A stretch of DNA of 64,000 bases from a virus (taxonomy: Duplodnaviria > Heunggongvirae > Uroviricota > Caudoviricetes). The notes below the pieces were generated by a model. It was not told where the DNA came from and did no database searches. It saw only the letters and a program-made list of their open reading frames with translations. The stretch lies in the IMG/VR virus record IMGVR_UViG_3300012348_000120. The stretch is one strand, 5' to 3'. This document shows positions 61,586-64,000 of this stretch, piece after piece. The number at the start of each line of letters is the position of its first letter. Positions within the stretch are counted from its first letter, which is position 1. The position numbers were made by a program, and so were the translations under genes.

Positions 61586-62296
61586 TTATTTTTGTATCAC
61601 CACAGTGTATGAACCAAGTTCTGCATCTGGATAAGAACCAAGCATTGGAACTATGTCACACTTTCCATATTTAGAGAAAAAATCTTTGTTATAGAATGTG
61701 AGTGTAGTAGTTTTATATTTCTCAGACAGTTGTTCAAGAGTTAGATTTTGACGCTTGGCTTGTTTTGCTTTGAACAAATGCTCAGTCTCTTTGTCTTTCA
61801 CATCGGATATAACAACACCGTCCTTTGAGCAACGCAACATTTCTTGAATAACGTAATCGGCATCATCATATGATAGGTATTGAAAAACTGAATTTGATAC
61901 AAACCAATCAACAGAACTATCACTCATTCTTATTTCTTTGTCAGACACATAAAAATGATGTGCTTGCATAGGAAACAGTATCATGCATTGATCTATCAGA
62001 TTTTTGCTTATGTCTATTCCATAAACATCATTTCCATATGTGTGGTGAAGATAATGCAATAACGCAGCATTTCCACAACCAAATTCTGCAACTGATGTGT
62101 TTGTTCCTACGAAACTGATCATATATTCTACATATGATCTGAATGTGATTTCATCGCAATCAAATATAGCTTTGTGCAATTCAAACGAAGACTCAAATAC
62201 AGATTTATCAGTTGATAATAAAACTTTGTTTGTATCTAACACCCATGAAAGGTCTGGCCTATTGAATATTTTATTCCAAGTTACTATTTCTGTCAT
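61586..62296 (-). CDS. class I SAM-dependent methyltransferase
   Basis: VAEFGCGNA, YGIDIS, NSVFQYL. Confidence 0.85.
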   Translation of the reverse strand: MTEIVTWNKIFNRPDLSWVLDTNKVLLSTDKSVFESSFELHKAIFDCDEITFRSYVEYMISFVGTNTSVAEFGCGNAALLHYLHHTYGNDVYGIDISKNLIDQCMILFPMQAHHFYVSDKEIRMSDSSVDWFVSNSVFQYLSYDDADYVIQEMLRCSKDGVVISDVKDKETEHLFKAKQAKRQNLTLEQLSEKYKTTTLTFYNKDFFSKYGKCDIVPMLGSYPDAELGSYTVVIQK

Positions 62297-62519
62297 CGGG
62301 AATTTCTTTTCTTACTTTCCAATAAACCCAACTTTCCATACAATGATGTTCATCATTAAATACCAAGTTTATTATCCAAACCACATTTGGTTTATTATTT
62401 CTTTTCCAATGCCAATTTCTTGCACTAAAAGTTTGATTACTTTGTCCACCGATAATAACGTTGAAAAGAATGCTAAAAGCAGTCCCAATTCTTTTTATAT
62501 ATTCTAATATCTTTATCAT
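62271..62519 (-). CDS. hypothetical protein
   Basis: GGQSNQTFSARNW...HCMESW. Confidence 0.55.
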   Translation of the reverse strand: MIKILEYIKRIGTAFSILFNVIIGGQSNQTFSARNWHWKRNNKPNVVWIINLVFNDEHHCMESWVYWKVRKEIPDDRNSNLE

Positions 62520-62530
62520 AAAGGTATTTA

Positions 62531-62694
62531 TATAAAACCCCCAACCAGATGCTTATGCGCGGGAACACGACATTTTACGGTATACCAGCATCATTCTCTG
62601 TATCAGAGAGGAACAGATTTCAAAGATTGTAAAGGATAAGTCCCATCCACAGCCACAAGGGTAAACTTACGTGGCAAATCCAAAGGGTTTTATA
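62531..62694 (-). ncRNA. candidate multi-branch ncRNA
   Basis: 10-bp closing stem TATAAAACCC/GGGTTTTATA with three internal hairpins; strand inferred from context. Confidence 0.5.
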
Positions 62695-62697
62695 ACT

Positions 62698-62794
62698 TGG
62701 TGTTGGTATGGGATTTGAACCCAGTTTTGAACAATTTGCCACACCGCCTGCCCGTAGTGTATATGGCAACATCAGCACACCATGCCAGACCAAC
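62698..62794 (-). ncRNA. CCA-ended RNA with acceptor and T arm but novel body
   Basis: GTTGGT/ACCAAC-A-CCA; tggg-TTCAAAT-ccca; ttgcca/tggcaa stem. Confidence 0.65.
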
Positions 62795-62892
62795 ATAATT
62801 TGTCGTATGCATCTTTAGAAATTCTACCCAGTCCGCTGTATATGTGCCGCAGCAAGTTATACAGCATCAACCTAGTCCAATCATCAACACTT

Positions 62893-63002
62893 ACGTGCTA
62901 CGCTACACGGCATTACTCTGCTTCGGGTTCTTTGTTACAGTTGCTACACTGTTTCTCATCATAGGGAAACCACTCCCTACTAGCTGCTGCTACACAGCAC
63001 GT
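62893..63002 (-). ncRNA. candidate RNA with three GTGTAGC repeats
   Basis: acgtgct/agcacgt closing stem; GTGTAGC three times, at least two in hairpin loops. Confidence 0.5.
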
Positions 63003-63005
63003 CTA

Positions 63006-63090
63006 TGGTGCCCATAGAGGGACTTGAACCCCCACTCCGTTAGGAACCTGATTTTGAGTCAGGCGCGTCTACCAATTTCACCATATGGGC
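63006..63090 (-). tRNA. tRNA-Leu(CAA)
   Basis: Type II cloverleaf, CCA. Confidence 0.95.
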
Positions 63091-63095
63091 ATAAC

Positions 63096-63311
63096 TTACA
63101 AATCTTTTGTATTCTCTACCGTTCTTCCAAGAGAAATATTCTTTTGTGCTCTTACTTTGTTATTAGGCCAAGTCCAGCACTGCCCGTCATCGTCTCCAAA
63201 ACATACCCACATAATGTTATGCTCTGGCCCATAGTCTATCAAAACATGAGCAAGTGCTGGCCCACGAGGTGTATAGACAGGAATTGGAGGGTTTAGCTGT
63301 AACATGTTCAT
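63096..63311 (-). CDS. hypothetical protein
   Basis: LQLNPPIPVYTPRG...IDYGPEHNIMWVC. Confidence 0.6.
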   Translation of the reverse strand: MNMLQLNPPIPVYTPRGPALAHVLIDYGPEHNIMWVCFGDDDGQCWTWPNNKVRAQKNISLGRTVENTKDL

Positions 63312-63318
63312 ACATTAT

Positions 63319-63945
63319 TTATGCTACAGATGAATCCTTTACGACTTTTGACACTACCTTATACAAACCTGGATTTACAACAAGTGCTTTTGGCATCAAC
63401 TCATGACGAATAAAGTTTCGCATATACTTCGTATCGCTGTTGCTCTTGTCTTCAATCCAAGAAATACCTTTGCGTTCACACCAATTAACAAACTCAAACT
63501 TACGGTTCATACGAAACGGGCGAATAACATTCATATTGCGATACGGAATGATCTTTCCACATCCATTCAGAGACGACCAAATCCAAGTTTCAGTGCAGTC
63601 ATCCAGATGGTGGCAAGTTACAACTGGCACATCCATACTATGGAAGATTTTGTATCGCTCGTTTCTCCAATGTTCTTCTTGTGAAGTATTTTTTGGAAGG
63701 TCATCACTTGAAATGTAAGTCTTGATAAGACTATCACCAAAAACACCATCAAGAAACTTTTCTGCTTCTTTACTTGTTTCAGTTCCATGATTTACAAATA
63801 GGGGACGGACTGTATGATTGCGACTCAGAAAGTCAACGACTGCCATACTATCAACGCCACCACTACAAGCAACAATCACTTCACGTGGAATTTTACCTTG
63901 GATTTTGATCATATTCGAAACAGTCTTTTCCTGTTTGGTGTTCAA
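63319..63945 (-). CDS. tilS: tRNA(Ile)-lysidine synthetase (short form)
   Basis: VACSGGVDSM, FVNHG, RNERY, TCHHLDDCTET, DKSN...MRNFIRH. Confidence 0.9.
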   Translation of the reverse strand: MNTKQEKTVSNMIKIQGKIPREVIVACSGGVDSMAVVDFLSRNHTVRPLFVNHGTETSKEAEKFLDGVFGDSLIKTYISSDDLPKNTSQEEHWRNERYKIFHSMDVPVVTCHHLDDCTETWIWSSLNGCGKIIPYRNMNVIRPFRMNRKFEFVNWCERKGISWIEDKSNSDTKYMRNFIRHELMPKALVVNPGLYKVVSKVVKDSSVA

Positions 63946-64000
63946 ATGTTAGAAGTCCGAGTCGTGGAGACTTTTTATTCGCACATACACCATAATCAAA

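Overview
A 64-kb, ~40% GC segment of a jumbo T4-like dsDNA phage, with almost all genes on the minus strand. The host is probably an alphaproteobacterium (tRNA-His with A73 and no G-1, CcrM/GcrA-type TGATTCG sites in promoters, alphaproteobacterial-like ornithine decarboxylase). 0-17 kb holds virion/fibre genes, ClpA, J-domain proteins, spanins and IF-1. 17-51 kb holds PhoH, a SpoT-like HD hydrolase, Rnl1 RNA ligase, NAD salvage (NadV plus NadM-Nudix), a clamp loader, GroES, a DnaE fragment, MazG, a GH19 endolysin and many small accessory genes. 51-64 kb holds about 21 tRNAs with a CmoA-like gene/C5-methyltransferase pair, Sir2, ornithine decarboxylase and TilS. The most unusual signals are non-coding. 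(1) A 232-nt RNA that copies the 23S rRNA GTPase-associated centre (H43-H44, the L11/thiostrepton site), split by a 165-nt insert. (2) More than ten non-canonical tRNA-like RNAs among the tRNAs: Leu-type bodies with no anticodon loop, CCA-ended acceptor stems carrying novel domains, a circularly permuted Y-RNA-like tRNA, and a two-T-loop RNA. (3) Sixteen sigma70 promoters with TGATTCG fixed in the spacer. (4) The same AC-AGAGA-GU hairpin upstream of both NAD-salvage genes. All calls were made by eye; no database search was run.
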